A stretch of 64,000 nt of DNA. It comes from the human T2T-CHM13v2.0 reference genome, Homo sapiens. Positions 29,202-46,445 of this stretch are shown piece after piece. Numbering within the stretch: the first letter of the stretch is position 1; each line of letters opens with the position of its first letter. Under the pieces are notes generated by a model. The model ran no database searches, was not told the origin of the DNA, and saw only the letters and a list, made by a program, of their open reading frames with translations. A program made the translations under genes and the position numbers. The DNA lies in assembly GCF_009914755.1 (NCBI RefSeq), contig NC_060933.1; one strand, written 5' to 3'.

Positions 29202-29225
29202 AAAAAAAAAAAAAAAAAAAAAAAA
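29202..29225. repeat. Poly(A)24 with no recognisable parent repeat
   Basis: Seen directly. Confidence 0.95.
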
Positions 29226-29669
29226 GAAAATTTAATCCATTAATCATTTACTGGGTACCTACTATGTACCAAGCTCTATGCAACCACATGGAGATACAAG
29301 ATGAAGAAGCAGCTTTTAGGTGACACAGCTAAGTTAAGACATAGCAGGTTTCAGCAGAGAATGAGAAGAAACTTCACTCTGTGATCCTGTTGCTGAGTGA
29401 GCTTTTGCTACTTAGAGGTAGCTGAGCTTTGCACAAAGGAAACCACCTTAGAGTTTCCTAAGAAGGCTATAATCCTTGGAGTCTATGGATAGGGACAATG
29501 AGTCTTCTTGTCAATTCCATGTATGCAAAAGGGGAGCTTAGAGTGCCCTAGGTGGGCCAGGCTAAAATGAGATGTCTTAATGAACAATGTATCCTTGCTG
29601 ATGGGAGATAAATAGGCCAATAGCTGAGGATATAGATCCTCCTATATGAATGGAGGATCCTGATTTAAT

Positions 29670-29900
29670 AATATAATAACAATAACATTATTGTTAACTG
29701 CCAATTATGGTACACCTAATATAAGCCAAATACTGTGTCAGATACACCACAAACACACAAGATAGCTATTACTACCCAGTTTTACAAACAATAACATTGA
29801 GGCTCTAGGAAGTCATATTACCTTCCTGAGGTCACAGACCTAGTGAATGTGAGAGTTGAATTTGGTTCTATACCTATGTGACCAAAAGTCTCTACATGAA
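29670..29900 (-). mobile_element. MIR remnant
   Basis: cccagttttacaaacaataacattgaggctct...aggtcacagacctagtgaat. Confidence 0.7.
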
Positions 29901-31189
29901 CCGTAGCTGGTAATATTAAATAATATTGAGTGACTGTGGGCCTACTCAATGATGTTTTCGCTGATGCTGAATGTGTTACACTTAGTGATTTCTCTCTCCC
30001 TTTTTTAAAACTAAAAATGTCTCCTGATGCACTCATATCAGCATGCTGAGGAGTGGGCAGTTGGTATAAGCTTGTAGGCTTTCTAGTCTAGAGATTGCTC
30101 CCCGCTTCTGACTGAGGCACTTTTGCCAAAAACATAGGCAATCCCAATAAAGCGAGGTGGGCTATTTGTCTCAAGAGCATTGATACAGAAGACAAGTGAA
30201 TAAATGTTAGTTTTCAGTGAAAAGGAGTAAAAGTAAAAGGTGAGGAGTAAGAGAGGGTAGTAAGAGAAAAAAAAATGGTTATTAGGCTATTTATATCTCC
30301 TCTGCAGCCTTCCCTCTGCTATCTGGCTGGGCCTGGTCCTGAATAAGTAGCTGAAGGCACTGGTTGGTATCTTGCCTTGCTCAGTATATACGTTGAATGG
30401 GCAGGGGAAAATGATTATTTCCCTTTGCACTGTTATTAGAAATTGAAGTCCCCATATAACAGAAGCAATTTTTTGGTTCTGTTAAGCTGTGGTTTGCTAC
30501 CTCGTGAAAAATAATGGTTGTGCAAAATATATATGCTGAGTATGACAATTTGAAGCTTTAAATCTTCAAAGAAAATTCACATCATTTTCCATTTAAAGAG
30601 ATATGACCATGTTTGGGTATGTGTGTAATTAGAAAATTAGGTAATGGGAGATTATGGCAACCAAATTTGCTAGTATCTTTATTCTATCTGGGGCGATATG
30701 TGCTCATGCATGCGTATGCACAGGCACATACACATTCAGCTCAGGACAATGAAAGGAGGTTGGCTCATTTTGCTTTACAGAAAGTTCAGATAAAAAAATT
30801 TATTAGACCCTTATCACTCTTACCTGTCTGCAGCTCTCTCTCTCAGACCTTGCCTTATTCATTTATGGCTTAGCAATGATGCATCTGAAGGCACCAAGCC
30901 TCAGGGACTTGGGGAAGTACAGCACCAGTTCATGTTTTGTAATTCAAGTTAAGGTTACTATTTGTCCATAGGCTGATTTTATTTTGGCCTTGGGCCTCTA
31001 GACCTGTGCTCATTTTTGTGGCAATAAGAGCAATTCCCTTCAAGCAGAATCTAACCTGAAGGGATCTCATTCGTGCAAAAGTCTAAGTTGGTACAGGAAA
31101 GGTGGCCTGAGGAACAGACAGCAAAGAAAGGAATTGATGTCCACCTGGCCTGAGGGCGAATCACGTCTGAATTATTTCTTAATTCTTAC

Positions 31190-31765
31190 CCATTTTATAG
31201 CAAACATTAAACATTAGGGGATATAGCAATGAGTTACACATGCTCCTCACCTTCAAGGAGGTGAGGATCTAATAAAGGAGATGGGCTTGTAAAAGAACAA
31301 TTTAAGTTCCATAAGATGATTACCGTAATGGGGGAATAGGTAAAAATACATACAGCATATGGAGAAGAGGCCATTCACTCACCCTCTTTTTCTAAAATCT
31401 CAGACATTAATATTTATGAGTGTTTCCTCCCTCTGACCATTCATAGTTAACCAAGTCCTGTCATTTCTAATTTTTTACTGTCTCACAAACCTGCTTAATC
31501 ATCTCCATTTCCACAATAAAATCTGACTTGAGGAAGCCCCATTCCTGCCTGGATAACTGCAGCAGGCTTCTTCTAGGTCTCCCTGCTTTTCATTGCCTCC
31601 TTCACATCCTTCTCCATATTTAATCCTTCAGTGTTTCTTCAGTGACTTCAGGAAGATATCCAAGGAAGTCCTGGCTGGTATCATGTTCCTTGGTTCCCTT
31701 CATTAATTCCTCCAATGTTTATTGAATACCTACTACGTGTCAGTGCACTCTGTAGTGCTAGCAAA
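31190..31765. mobile_element. L2 remnants
   Basis: cctggataactgcagcaggcttcttctaggtctccctgc; tttattgaatacctactacgtg. Confidence 0.55.
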
Positions 31766-32065
31766 GCTTATGGCATTTGGCCGAGATAGTCCCCAAATAA
31801 AATTCACGTTATTTTATCTATCGATAAGCTCAAAACCTTCTCTAACTATTCCATATATTTGTTGGAGAATAAAATTAACCTGTGAGAATGCCTTAAAAAC
31901 ACAGAAGTACACAGGTAGGCCTTGCCATGGCATATCCCAGGATGTTGGAGAAGTGTTATTTCTCAAGTACAGGAAAGGAGAATCTAATACATTTAAAAAT
32001 AATTTTTGTTTTTGATAGTTGCTCTTTGGGCAGCTTAGTGTAGTCATTAAGAACATCTCAATTTA

Positions 32066-32431
32066 GTACTTAGCCTGTTAGGGTTGCCACAACAAAATAC
32101 CATAAACTGGGTAGCTTTTCACTAACAGGCATTTATTTTTCATAGTTCTTGAGGCTGGAAGTTCAAGATGAAGGTGCTGGCAGATTCAATGTCTGGTGAG
32201 GGCCCCATTTCTGGTTCATAGATGGGGTCTTCTTGCTATGTCATCATATAGTGCAAGGGGCAAGGAGGTTTTCTGGGGCCTCTTTTATCAGAACACTAGT
32301 CCCATTCACGAGGCCTTTGCTACTATGACCTGATTACCTCCCAAAGGCCCCACCTCCTAATACTATCACCTTGACGATTAAGTTTTGACATAGTAATTTT
32401 GGGGGAGGACACAAACATTCCGACCACAGTA
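32066..32431 (-). mobile_element. MaLR LTR (MLT1A0-like)
   Basis: acaaaataccataaactggg...gaggctggaagttcaagatgaagg...ggacacaaacattc. Confidence 0.88.
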
Positions 32432-32635
32432 GTACTGGACCTGCCACTTGGGATTAACTCTGTAACCTTGGGCAAGTTCCTTAACCTCATTAAGGCTGAA
32501 TTAGGGGATCTGTAAAAAGGGGATGATAAGAATATCCACAGTTGTTGTGAGGATAAAATTGAAGACAAAGGGAAAGCATTTATCTCAGTACCTGTCATGA
32601 AATAGATGCTTAATAAATGGCCGCTATTGTTACTT
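32432..32635 (+). mobile_element. MIR
   Basis: tgtaaccttgggcaagttccttaacctc...ctgtaaaaaggggatgataa. Confidence 0.85.
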
Positions 32636-33614
32636 TCCTTTCTGAAACACACGTGTTTCATGGGGCCAGTACACAGTCAAGAGTGAGAAAGCAGTTTCAG
32701 TAAGTGCATGAACTTACTATGCTTGTTTACACCTGGAGAACTTTGGTCCATTTATCTCTCTTTTCTCTCCCATATTCCCAAACTCTAAAATCCCTTATTT
32801 CTGTGCAAAATATGTTAAGAACAAGAATCTGAAGTGGAGGGAAGTCATCTTAGAGAGAAAAAAAGTTTGTCTGTGAAAGTCAATTCCACACAAAGCAAAT
32901 CTGGCCAGTGCAGGGTCATTAGCTGAGCAATTCTCAGGCAGGCCTGGTCCAGGTGTGGGTGGACAAAAATGATCCTGCTGTGTGAACGAACAGAACAAAG
33001 GTTCACAGCTTGTAAAGGGGGAGCCCCTGTCTCATGGAGGGCGCATGAAAAATGCTGACTTCTTAGAGAAAATATGCTATTTGGTTTGCAATATATATGT
33101 ATATATGTATATATTTACCCCTCTTGGGTCTTATCAAAAAGACCATATTTTTAAAAGATTTAGCTTTTTTCCAATCCAAATTGGGGCTGCGTCTAAGTTA
33201 ATGGTGCCTAGGGACAGATGTACAGCTGATCGCATTCCGAAAAGTGCTCTCCAGAGACGCCCTTCAGAAACTCCGGCCTGACGACAGAGCAAGAGACAGA
33301 TCTGCTGAGATCGTTCAAGCAAAAGGAAACATATTTTATTTACAACATTACTAATAAATCTTTCCTACTGCACTTTAGGTTTCCTCTCTTTAAGTAGGCT
33401 TTATGATATCTCATAAGGGAGAGTTGGCGTCACTGGAAATGCCTGTCTAGGAGCTGCACCTTGGGAAATGAACTGCCTAAATGAACCCAAAGGATTCTCA
33501 ACCCAATAACACCTGCCTCAGCTTTTCTGTCTCCATCAACCTTTCTCATTTCTACACCTACATAAAGAAGCATGTTGCCCAGCTAATGCAGAGCAAATAC
33601 CCTGTGGATATATT

Positions 33615-33800
33615 CGTTTCCTTCCTTTTTCTTCTTACTCCCTTCTTTCTTCATCCGTCTTTCTTGGTTGTTTTCTTCTTTCTCAGTTTTTTTCTTTTCT
33701 AGCTCTTTTCTCACATCCATTTCTTCTCAACAAGCTTTACTTTTGCAAACTGCATTTACCCTTTCTTTTCTTCCCTACCTTTCTTTCTCACCCCCTTTTC
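33615..33800. repeat. Long pyrimidine-rich low-complexity tract
   Basis: C/T-rich ~185 bp ending in ttttcag. Confidence 0.85.
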
Positions 33801-34159
33801 AGGCATTCACTGAAGGAAGAAGATTTGTCCTTTAAGTGTTCAACAGGATGGCTGTCATTCTCCAGGCTGTATCTGTGCAGCATCAGAGAATGTTGGGTCT
33901 TCGTGTGTTTTTCTTACTTTATCTTTAAAAATCATTGGTCATAGGTTTAGGGAAATTCTGATAATAATTATACCTTGATTTTGTTTGTTTGTTTTCCTAC
34001 TGTTCACCAAGCCTTTCTCCTTTCTTTATCTCATTTAGTCTTTACATACTGTCGGCCTTCCAGAGACAATGTTCAATATTTGTAGATTACAGCAACCTTC
34101 CAAATCTGGGGTCACTAATATTACCCAGATATGGAACCTGAAAAACAGAAGATGATTTT

Positions 34160-35960
34160 GCATTTCATTTCCACAAACATTTACTGACTGGCTTCTCTGT
34201 ACCAGGTACCATGTACCCAAAGACAAAGAAGCTGCAGTTTTGTCTTCTAGGAACCTCTAGTCTACTGCACACAAGTTCAATGCAAAGAGCTAAGTGTTAA
34301 GCTACTGACAGAAACAAAGGGACACTGTAAAACAGAGGAAACATTGATTTTTTAAAATGTATTTTGGTGGGAAATGGATATTATGGAGAATAAAAGATGA
34401 CAGAGGAGCTGGACTTTAAAGAGCGGGATTGGGCGTAGTGACTCACGCCTGTAATCTCAGCACTCTGAGAGGTCAAGGAGAGTGGATTGCTTGAGTCCAG
34501 GAGTTCAATACCAGCCTAGGCAATATGGTGAAACCCCATCTCTACAAAAAATACAAAAATTAACTGAGCGTGGTGGCATATGCCTGTAGTTCCAGCTATT
34601 CGGAAGGCTGAGGCAGGTGTTACTTGAGTCCGGGTGGTTGAGGCTGCAGTGAGCTGTGATTGTCCCACTGCACTCCAGCTGGGGCAATGCATGACACCCT
34701 GTCTCAGAAAAAAAAAAAAAAGAAGGAAGAAAGAAAGAGCAGGATTTCTGTACATTGTGACTGGAAGGGCACTTAAGCAAAGAGAACAGCCTGAACAAAG
34801 AAATGAATCATATAACAAGTGTTTATTTATGCCATAAATTAGTAGACTAGTCTGAGATGGGTGAATAAGTATTGGTAGGACAATAGTAAAAAATAAGACC
34901 AAATTATTGCTGCATCCATGATTGTGAAGGTTTTGTGCTATAGGATTAAGACTTTGCTTATACAAATAATACATTATGGAGAATTCTGGTGAAACCCTTA
35001 CGGGGGGATTTGAGTCATAACTCACCCCATATTATAACAATCTTCCTTCTTATGATGGTAGAGGATATTATTCCATTTTGACTATTTTTTCTTGGAATCT
35101 GCCAAACTGTTTTTTTATCATGTAAGATATCTGTATTTTTGTCCCAAAGAGAATAATAACATCTGAAAATTCTCTTCTCTTCTGGGATTTTGGACCCTGC
35201 TAAAGGACCAATAAGACTTAACTCCAGGGACTAGTTCTGAACGTAAAACTCCGTTAGTTGATATTTGATATATACTATGTCCAAGCCTGCAAGTGTCTAG
35301 GACAACACAGACACAAAGTTTTTCACATTCAGGCAAAAGAGGCAAAAAGTAATTTGTAATATATCTAATTATAATTTAGGCATTGCATTTAGTAGGAGAT
35401 AAAAGGGTGTGGGTAAATCTGTTTACTGGTTTCTATTTCTTGATATCCTGACATTATCACGCCATTATGATTAAAATAATCAAAATGTGGGTCTAGCCCA
35501 AAGGGCAGAATCTTTCCAGTTTGGGCCAGATTCCCAAATTAATTCTTGGCCATTGAAATAGAGGGAGGCTTAGAGAAGAAATTGGCTGCAACCAAAAGGA
35601 CCTATTAAGATGTAATGGCTGCATTCAAGTAATGGGAAGAAGGAGAAGTATAGTAATAGAAGGGATTCCAGATATATTTCAAGAGGTCAAATTGATAAAT
35701 AAGGAAGTGGAAAGAGGATTCAGGGAGGATTCACAGGGTTGTAGATTTTAAGAATTAGTTCATACTGTGATTAGATAGGATAGCAAACTCAGAAGGGAGA
35801 GAAAGTGACAGCTGAAGGAAAAGATCCTAAATTTGTTTTTGGACATGTTGGGAATGATGTGTCCAGAGCACAGCCCAGCAGAGACATTGAGCATACAATT
35901 GGAAATTTATATTTGAAGCTCAGTAGAGAGGTTCAGCATGGAGAAATGAAATGAAATAAT
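34160..35960 (-). mobile_element. Scattered L2 remnants, interrupted by AluJ
   Basis: catttcatttccacaaacatttactga; ttttggacatgttg...gaagctcagtagagaggt. Confidence 0.55.
34431..34733 (+). mobile_element. AluJ
   Basis: J diagnostics (ggattgcttgagtccaggagttc, gaggctgcagtgagctgtgatt); TSD aaagagcgggatt (34418-34430) / aaagagcaggatt (34734-34746). Confidence 0.95.
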
Positions 35961-37279
35961 AACACACAGGGAATTAGGATTCTTGAATCAGATCCTGAGT
36001 CTATCTAAGTGAAATTGGGAAGGTTGACAATTTACCTCTCTGGACCTCAGTGTCTTCGTCTGAAATATCCAAATTCCTTTCTGAAAACCCCATTGAGCAG
36101 TGTAAACAATGCTGGCAGGTGAAACCCTTTCCTGGCTTTTGCATCCTGTCTCCTGATTTGTGTGATGGGCTCAAGGAAGAGTAAGGTTGAGAAACAATTG
36201 CAGTTTGTAGGCTAACTTTTTTGTGATAGCTCTAGTGGCTCTTACTGTTTAGAAAACTGTTTATCATCTTGGAAAATTACTTCAATCTTCAGTTTCAAAC
36301 ACTCTTGTGTATTTCAAGGAAAAAATAACTGCACCAAAAATCAAAAACAGCATCATCAACAAACAACTTATCCTAAAAAGTGCAGTTCATATTTGAAAAT
36401 GTTGGCAGTTCCTTTGTTTCAACGTAAGTATGTGAAGATTGTGAGGTTACTAAAGTGCTTGATCCAGTGGAGTTCTAAAAAACAAATAAAAGACCCAAAG
36501 AATTCCTTTGTTAGCACTTGGCCTTAGTGACTGTCAATCTCTAGCTCCCCAAGGAGAGCTTTATCTTCCATGAGAACAAACCCATGCAGTTGCTTGTTGT
36601 GGATTAGGTGTGTGATTAATGCCCCTGCTCTCCAATCTCAGCTGCTAAGGAGATCAGATGGGCCCAAATCAGACCTCACTTGATGCTGGGCGTTAAGTGA
36701 TGTTGCGAAAACCTCATGAATCGTCAGGAATGCAGCCTCTGCCACTCATCAGTGAAAGGAGCAGGGAATTGGTAAAATGGTGGGAGAAGTTTTATAGAAT
36801 TATATACAGCTAGAGAAGCAGATCCTAGAAGGGCTATTTAAAAATTGTACATGATAAGAAACATCATAAGGAGGGGAAATGCAATTTAAAAGCATAACTT
36901 GCATCTAAGGAAAGTGGATCTTGTCCATCCTTTTACTGCTAAAGGAGTAATCTGTGTACCTTGAAAGATTTGAGATTATAAAGGTAGTTCAGAATTAGGA
37001 GTTTGCCAGTGAATCAATAATTCTCAATCCTGATACATTATTATCAGCTAGAGTGCTTTATAAGCTTGAGGAAGCAAGCTCAGATCCTATCCAGAAATTC
37101 TGATTTAATATGCCTGGAGTGGGGCTGGAGCAGTTTTACTCAGGCAACTATAACCTTGGTGTTCCTCCTTTATTTGAAATAAGGCCTTTCTGGGGTGCTT
37201 GTTAAGAATATGGATTCCAGCGTTTTATACACCAAGCTTAATTTAGTAAAAGGAATATACACAGCTATGTGTTGAAGTG

Positions 37280-37571
37280 CATGATGGTTAGTTTTATGTG
37301 TCAACTTGGCTAGGCCATAGTACCCAAGTATTTGGCCAAATACTAGTTTGGATATTGCAGTAAAGGTATTTTTTAGATGAGGTTAACAACAGTAGACTTT
37401 GAGTAAAGCAGATTGTCCTTTATAATGTGGACTAACCTCACCCAATCAGTTGAAGGCCTTAAGAGAAGAAAGACTGACCTCCCCCAAGAAAGAGGGAAAT
37501 CTGCCAGCCTGCCGGCCTACCTTATGGATTTTGGACTTGCCAGCCTCCACAGTTGTGTGAGCCAATTTCTT
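37280..37571 (+). mobile_element. MLT2C/D-like ERVL LTR, left part
   Basis: tgatggttagttttatgtgtcaacttggctagg...cccaatcagttgaaggccttaagag. Confidence 0.88.
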
Positions 37572-39305
<1,734 letters not shown>

Positions 39306-39989
39306 GAGTAATATACCCACCTTAGTGATCCACACCCTGTCAATAAAATTTTGCTCCACAGAATAAAATAATTTAGTTGAATCATAAAGTCAAAGCTATG
39401 GGTGACTATGGTGACTACTCCCCAAGCCCAGAAAATGTAGATTAATCCTAGGGAGAGCATACTTACCACAAAACATGAAATGGGAGTTCAAGCTAATGCT
39501 ACATAGATTTTAAAGGGATGGGTAATAATAGCTAACATCTAATTACACCAGAAACTACCATCATCTTTAACTTTTTCCTTAATCCTAGCTTCCTTTTTCT
39601 TTTTATGCATAAGCCCATCTTCTGAAATTAGACTTAGTAACAAGTTCATGTAATTAAAGGTCCAAGTTATCAGGATTTGCACTAATGCTGCATTCAACAT
39701 GTATAGAAGATATGTGAATAAAATCTATATAGATACAGATACAGGTATAAGTATAGATATATATTCATCTAGAACTATATGAAGAGCTGTGCGGGTTACT
39801 TGAGAGTCATTCTTTGGAATGATCTCTCGCTGTTATTATTTTATTCTCTTGCTAACAAATATCACATTTTTAAAACCTGTCACGTCATGGGTGTTCTTTT
39901 TCATTCACACAGCACATTTTCACTGAGTGCATCCTCAAGTCTGATGCATGGCTTGGCTACGGGGAGGGGTGATGTTACTCTTGCCTGGG

Positions 39990-40320
39990 AGGAAACCAGG
40001 GAATGAATGGAAAAGAGAGTTGACATCAAACAAATATTTGCAGTAATATGTGGTAATACGTATAAAAACTGGGAAAATGCCATGGGAGGCAAAGAAAGGA
40101 GTGAACAGGGAAGATATTACAGAAGAGATGACTTTGTACACTGGGTTTTAAAATATGAGGAGTAGTTTTCCAGTTGAAGGAAAGGGAAGGAATGACAGAG
40201 ACAGAGGTGGTGACATCAGCAGTCAAAGGACATTTATGAATTTAAAAGAATAAGACTGGACAGATTCTGGATGTGGATCTGAGGAAAAAGAGTTCAGAGT
40301 GACTTCTATAGAGACATATA
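39990..40320 (-). mobile_element. L2 remnant
   Basis: Purine-rich; ctgggttttaaaatatgaggagtagttttccag; ggatgtggatctgagg. Confidence 0.5.
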
Positions 40321-40386
40321 TCTTTTGATATTGATTTTAAATACAGGTAACTTTATGGAGTTAGGTTGGTAGAGATGGCATCTATT

Positions 40387-40442
40387 TCCTTAAATAAGGA
40401 GGGAATAATTATAAATTCCCTCCTTAAATAAGGAGGGAATAA
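40387..40442. repeat. Combined direct and inverted repeat (A-A'-A, A=taaggagggaat)
   Basis: A at 40395-40406 and 40429-40440, reverse complement at 40415-40426. Confidence 0.95.
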
Positions 40443-40639
40443 ATTTTGCTATTGTAATATTCCTTTCAGTTCCACAATCCTATGCCTCTATAGGAAGATA
40501 AATCTAATGAACAAAATTAAAGACTTGAGATAGCCTAGAAGAAATACATGAAAGGAGATCATTTGTTTTCTTGGCATTAACATTAAATATTCCTTAAAGA
40601 AAAGGAAATTCTGGAAAAAAGGAAAAAGTTGTATCAGTG

Positions 40640-42500
<1,861 letters not shown>

Positions 42501-42519
42501 TGTTTATTAAAATAAGACA

Positions 42520-42975
42520 TGGGATAAATGGGTAAGCAAACCATAGTATATACATACAATAGACTATTATGCAATCTTAAAAAGGAAGGAAATTCTGATA
42601 CGTGCTGCAACATGAATGGACCTTGAAGACATGCAGCGTGAAATAAGCCAGGCAAAAAAAGGACAAATATTGCATGATTCCACTTACACAAGCTACCTAG
42701 CACAGTCAAATTCATAAAGACAGAAAGCAGAATGGTGGTTGCCAGGGCCTGCAGGGAGGGGGATTGGGGAGTTACTGTCTAATGGGTGTGAAGTTTCAGT
42801 TTGGGGAGATTAAAATGTTCAGCAGCAGGATGGTGGTGATGATGGTAAACAATGTGAATGTACTTAATATCACTGCACTGTGAAAACAATTAAAAGTGGT
42901 TAAAATGGTAAATTTAATTTTATATGTTATTTCACCACAATGATAGAAAGAATAAAAAAGAAGAAAAGAAAAAAG
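42520..42975 (+). mobile_element. L1MB 3' end
   Basis: aaggaaggaaattctgatacgtgctgcaacatgaatggacc...gaatggtggttgccagg...A-rich tail. Confidence 0.88.
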
Positions 42976-43167
42976 AGCAAATGAACGAACTTATGAAAGG
43001 AAAATACGTGTTGTACGGAAAAAATAATGAGTAAAAATGCTAGCAAAACTGATAGTTAATATAACTGCTAGTTTTTAGGTGGTGGAACTTAATGCTCTTC
43101 TTTAAAAAATTTTTTTAATAAAGGAGAAATAATTTTTTAAGTTTTATTTTTATTTAAATTTTTTTTA

Positions 43168-43468
43168 GGCCGGGCGCGGTGGATCATGCCTGCAATCTTA
43201 GCGCTTTGGGAGGCGGAGGCAGGTGGATCACTTGAGATCAGGAGCTTGAGACCAGTCTGGAAAACATTGTGATACCCAGCCTCTACTAAAAATACAAAAA
43301 ATTAGCCAGGTGTGGTGGTGCATGCCTGTAATCCCAGCTACTTGGAAGGCTGAGGCAGGAGAATTGCTTGAATCTAGGAGGTGGTGGTTGCAGTGAGATC
43401 ACGCCACTGCACTCCAGTCTGGGCAACAGAGAGAGAATCCATCTAAAAAAATAAAGTAAAATAAAATA
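43168..43468 (+). mobile_element. AluS
   Basis: ggccgggcgcggtgg... full dimer with A-rich tail. Confidence 0.96.
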
Positions 43469-44644
43469 TTTTAAGAGAAGTCTGTTAGGCTATATCAACA
43501 TGGATTCAGCAGACAGTCTCAGCTGCCTGAAAGTATGATGTGAAGAAGCAGATGATGGAAGTGCCCCAGGGTTCATCATGAGAATAACAGAAGATCAAGA
43601 GAGTGGAAGATTCTTGAAAATTGGTGAGACCATGTTGATATGGCCTATTAATGGTTCGGTTTTCATAGGGTTTCATGAAAAGCTAAAAGACATGGTCTAA
43701 TTTTAGTGTCTGATGTGCTGACTTGGAGGAACTATTGTATGAAAATGGAGCTAAGGGCAGATCCATTGGGAGGGCAGAGTAGAATAAAGATACAAAAGGT
43801 TGGGATCAGAGAGGGGCATTTTCTACTTTCAGACCCTGGCATAGAGCAATTCTGTTTGATAATGGGGTCCCAAGTTTAGAGACATTGGAGTTGAGAAAAT
43901 CAAGAAGCCATAAAAAGATGATGGTAGAAAGGATCACCAATCTTGTCTGCAATGTTCCAGTAGGAATGAGTAGAGATGTGGAGGTAAGGAAGACTGCTGA
44001 TTCAGAACCCCACATTTGAGAAGGAGGTGGCCGCATGCCAGAAGATGGAGGAGCATGGCACCAGAGGGGAAAGAAAAGAAGAGTGGAAAGCAAGGGCCAT
44101 ATCAAAGGCAGCCTCCATTCATCTACTTTCGTGGAAAGTGATGACACTAGTGTGGTTTCAATGCCACAATTAATTTGATAGTATTTGTAATTATAAATGC
44201 ATATTTCAAAACATATGCATAGTGTACTCGTGTTAGGTTGAGTCACGTGAAATGCCAATATCATATGGTAATCATAATGGAATTTTCAAGGCTTCCTCAA
44301 TTTCTCCACCATTAGAGAAAAAAAGGTTTTAGGCATCTTTTACATATTTCCAGTATGTCGATTTAGATGTGATATGCTGAAATTTTTTGTTCTAGTGCAA
44401 TATGGGAAACATTTATTTCATGTATGGCTAGTAGTATGCACAGCAAGTGGGTTGTAAACAGCCAGGATTTTTGTCTTGTTTTAGTTCTATATCCCAGCTA
44501 CTCAAAAGTGTTTTTGGAGAATTCTGAGAATAGGCTCTTCAAGTGTTTTGTTTCTAGACCCAATTGGAAATATAAAGAAAGCAGCCTAATGAGAAATACT
44601 TCAACTTTTGATTGAGTTCACTCTCTGTATATCAGATTCAAGTA

Positions 44645-44905
44645 ATATTTATTAAGTACTTGAGCATTTTCTATTTATCAGCCCATGTGCTAGCTTTTTT
44701 CAAATACACAATTTCTTTAATCTAACAACAACTCTTTTTGTAGTCTTACACTAGGGTTTAAGTACAATTTCCTCATTTTACAAATGAGGAAAAAGGTTCA
44801 GAGAAGATGAGTGACTTTAGTCACATTATGGAACAGATAAAGAGTGGATCCAGGAATTAAACTCAGGTCTCTACTTTAAGTCTTGTATTCTTTCTGCTAT
44901 TCCAT
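44645..44905 (-). mobile_element. MIR
   Basis: cctcattttacaaatgaggaaaaaggttcagaga. Confidence 0.8.
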
Positions 44906-46132
44906 GATCCTTATGTCTACATTTCTAAAGCAAAGTGAAAAATTACATCTAGGGTAAGATAAAAGCCCTTGGAAGAGAGAGACAGAATAGATGTTTGTTA
45001 TTTAATTAGGTTATCATAGATAACATTGCTCTCTGCTATCATGTAGAAATTAAACTATCTCTATGCATCATATTATACATGTCAAAGTTTTGAACTAGAG
45101 GACCCTGTCATTAAGAGACGTGGTAAAGAAAATTGTCTCAGTATCTTGGACTATAGGAATAGAGTAGTTTAAGGGAATGGCATAGACGTAGAAGAAATAG
45201 GAAAGCATGATGCAGGGAGCACATTGTATGACCTCTGTGACCTGTAAGTTTGGGAACACAAAAAATGTGTGTGTGTGTGGTTTATGTGTGTTTCCTATGA
45301 ATTTTAACGTGTAATTTGATACTACCTACAAAATTTGAGTTTATGTAGAATGCATAAAATACATTATGGTCATCTTACTGAAGTATTATTTAGTTTATAA
45401 AAGTACCATCACAGTTTAAATATTATGTGGCTTATCTCTGAATTTTAGAAACACATCTGTTCTGGAAAGCAGCATGGACTTGTTCCTTTAGTGATGTGAA
45501 GCTACAGGTCTATATAAGCTTCTGGAGAGTGTAGATCTTTCTTATCTATCTTTATACTGAGATTCTTTATATTTTGTGGATCATGATTCCTTTGAGAATT
45601 TGGTGAAAGCTAGATATATGCATAAATGCAAAGAATCTTGCTTTCCATGCGAGGAATTTGTGAACTTATAGGCACCAAGCCATGGACCCTCTGGGTTAGG
45701 AACCACTTGGCACCAACCCTGTTGCTTAGTAAATTTCATAGATATTTCTTTATGCTTCTCAACCTATGAGAATGAGATGTAAGAGTGTCAAGTGGAGATG
45801 AACCCATCACTCCACAGCTCAACTCCCCCTCCTCCTAATTTACTATGACTCTAATCCCATCCAAACCTCTCCTTCTGACTGAAGGTAAGGGGAGGGATTA
45901 TAATCTTTGTGAAAAAATTGTCAGTCCTTTTAATGAAACCATTTTGAAACAGCTACTCTGGTTTGGAAATTTTTGAATTAGAGACAAGTAATAAAACTTC
46001 AAGTTTAAAAATATATCTCCAAGTAATATGAAGGGAGCATTTTCATTCTGTCTTGAACCTCATCGCATCATTAAGCTCCATTTGCAGAGAATGGATAAGA
46101 TAGGGCGAAGTTTAGATGTGAGTTTGGGATTA

Positions 46133-46445
<313 letters not shown>

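Noticed and set aside
43806-44264. 152-aa minus-strand ORF
   Set aside because: Reads the pyrimidine-rich strand of purine-rich, probably L2-derived sequence; no recognisable motif.
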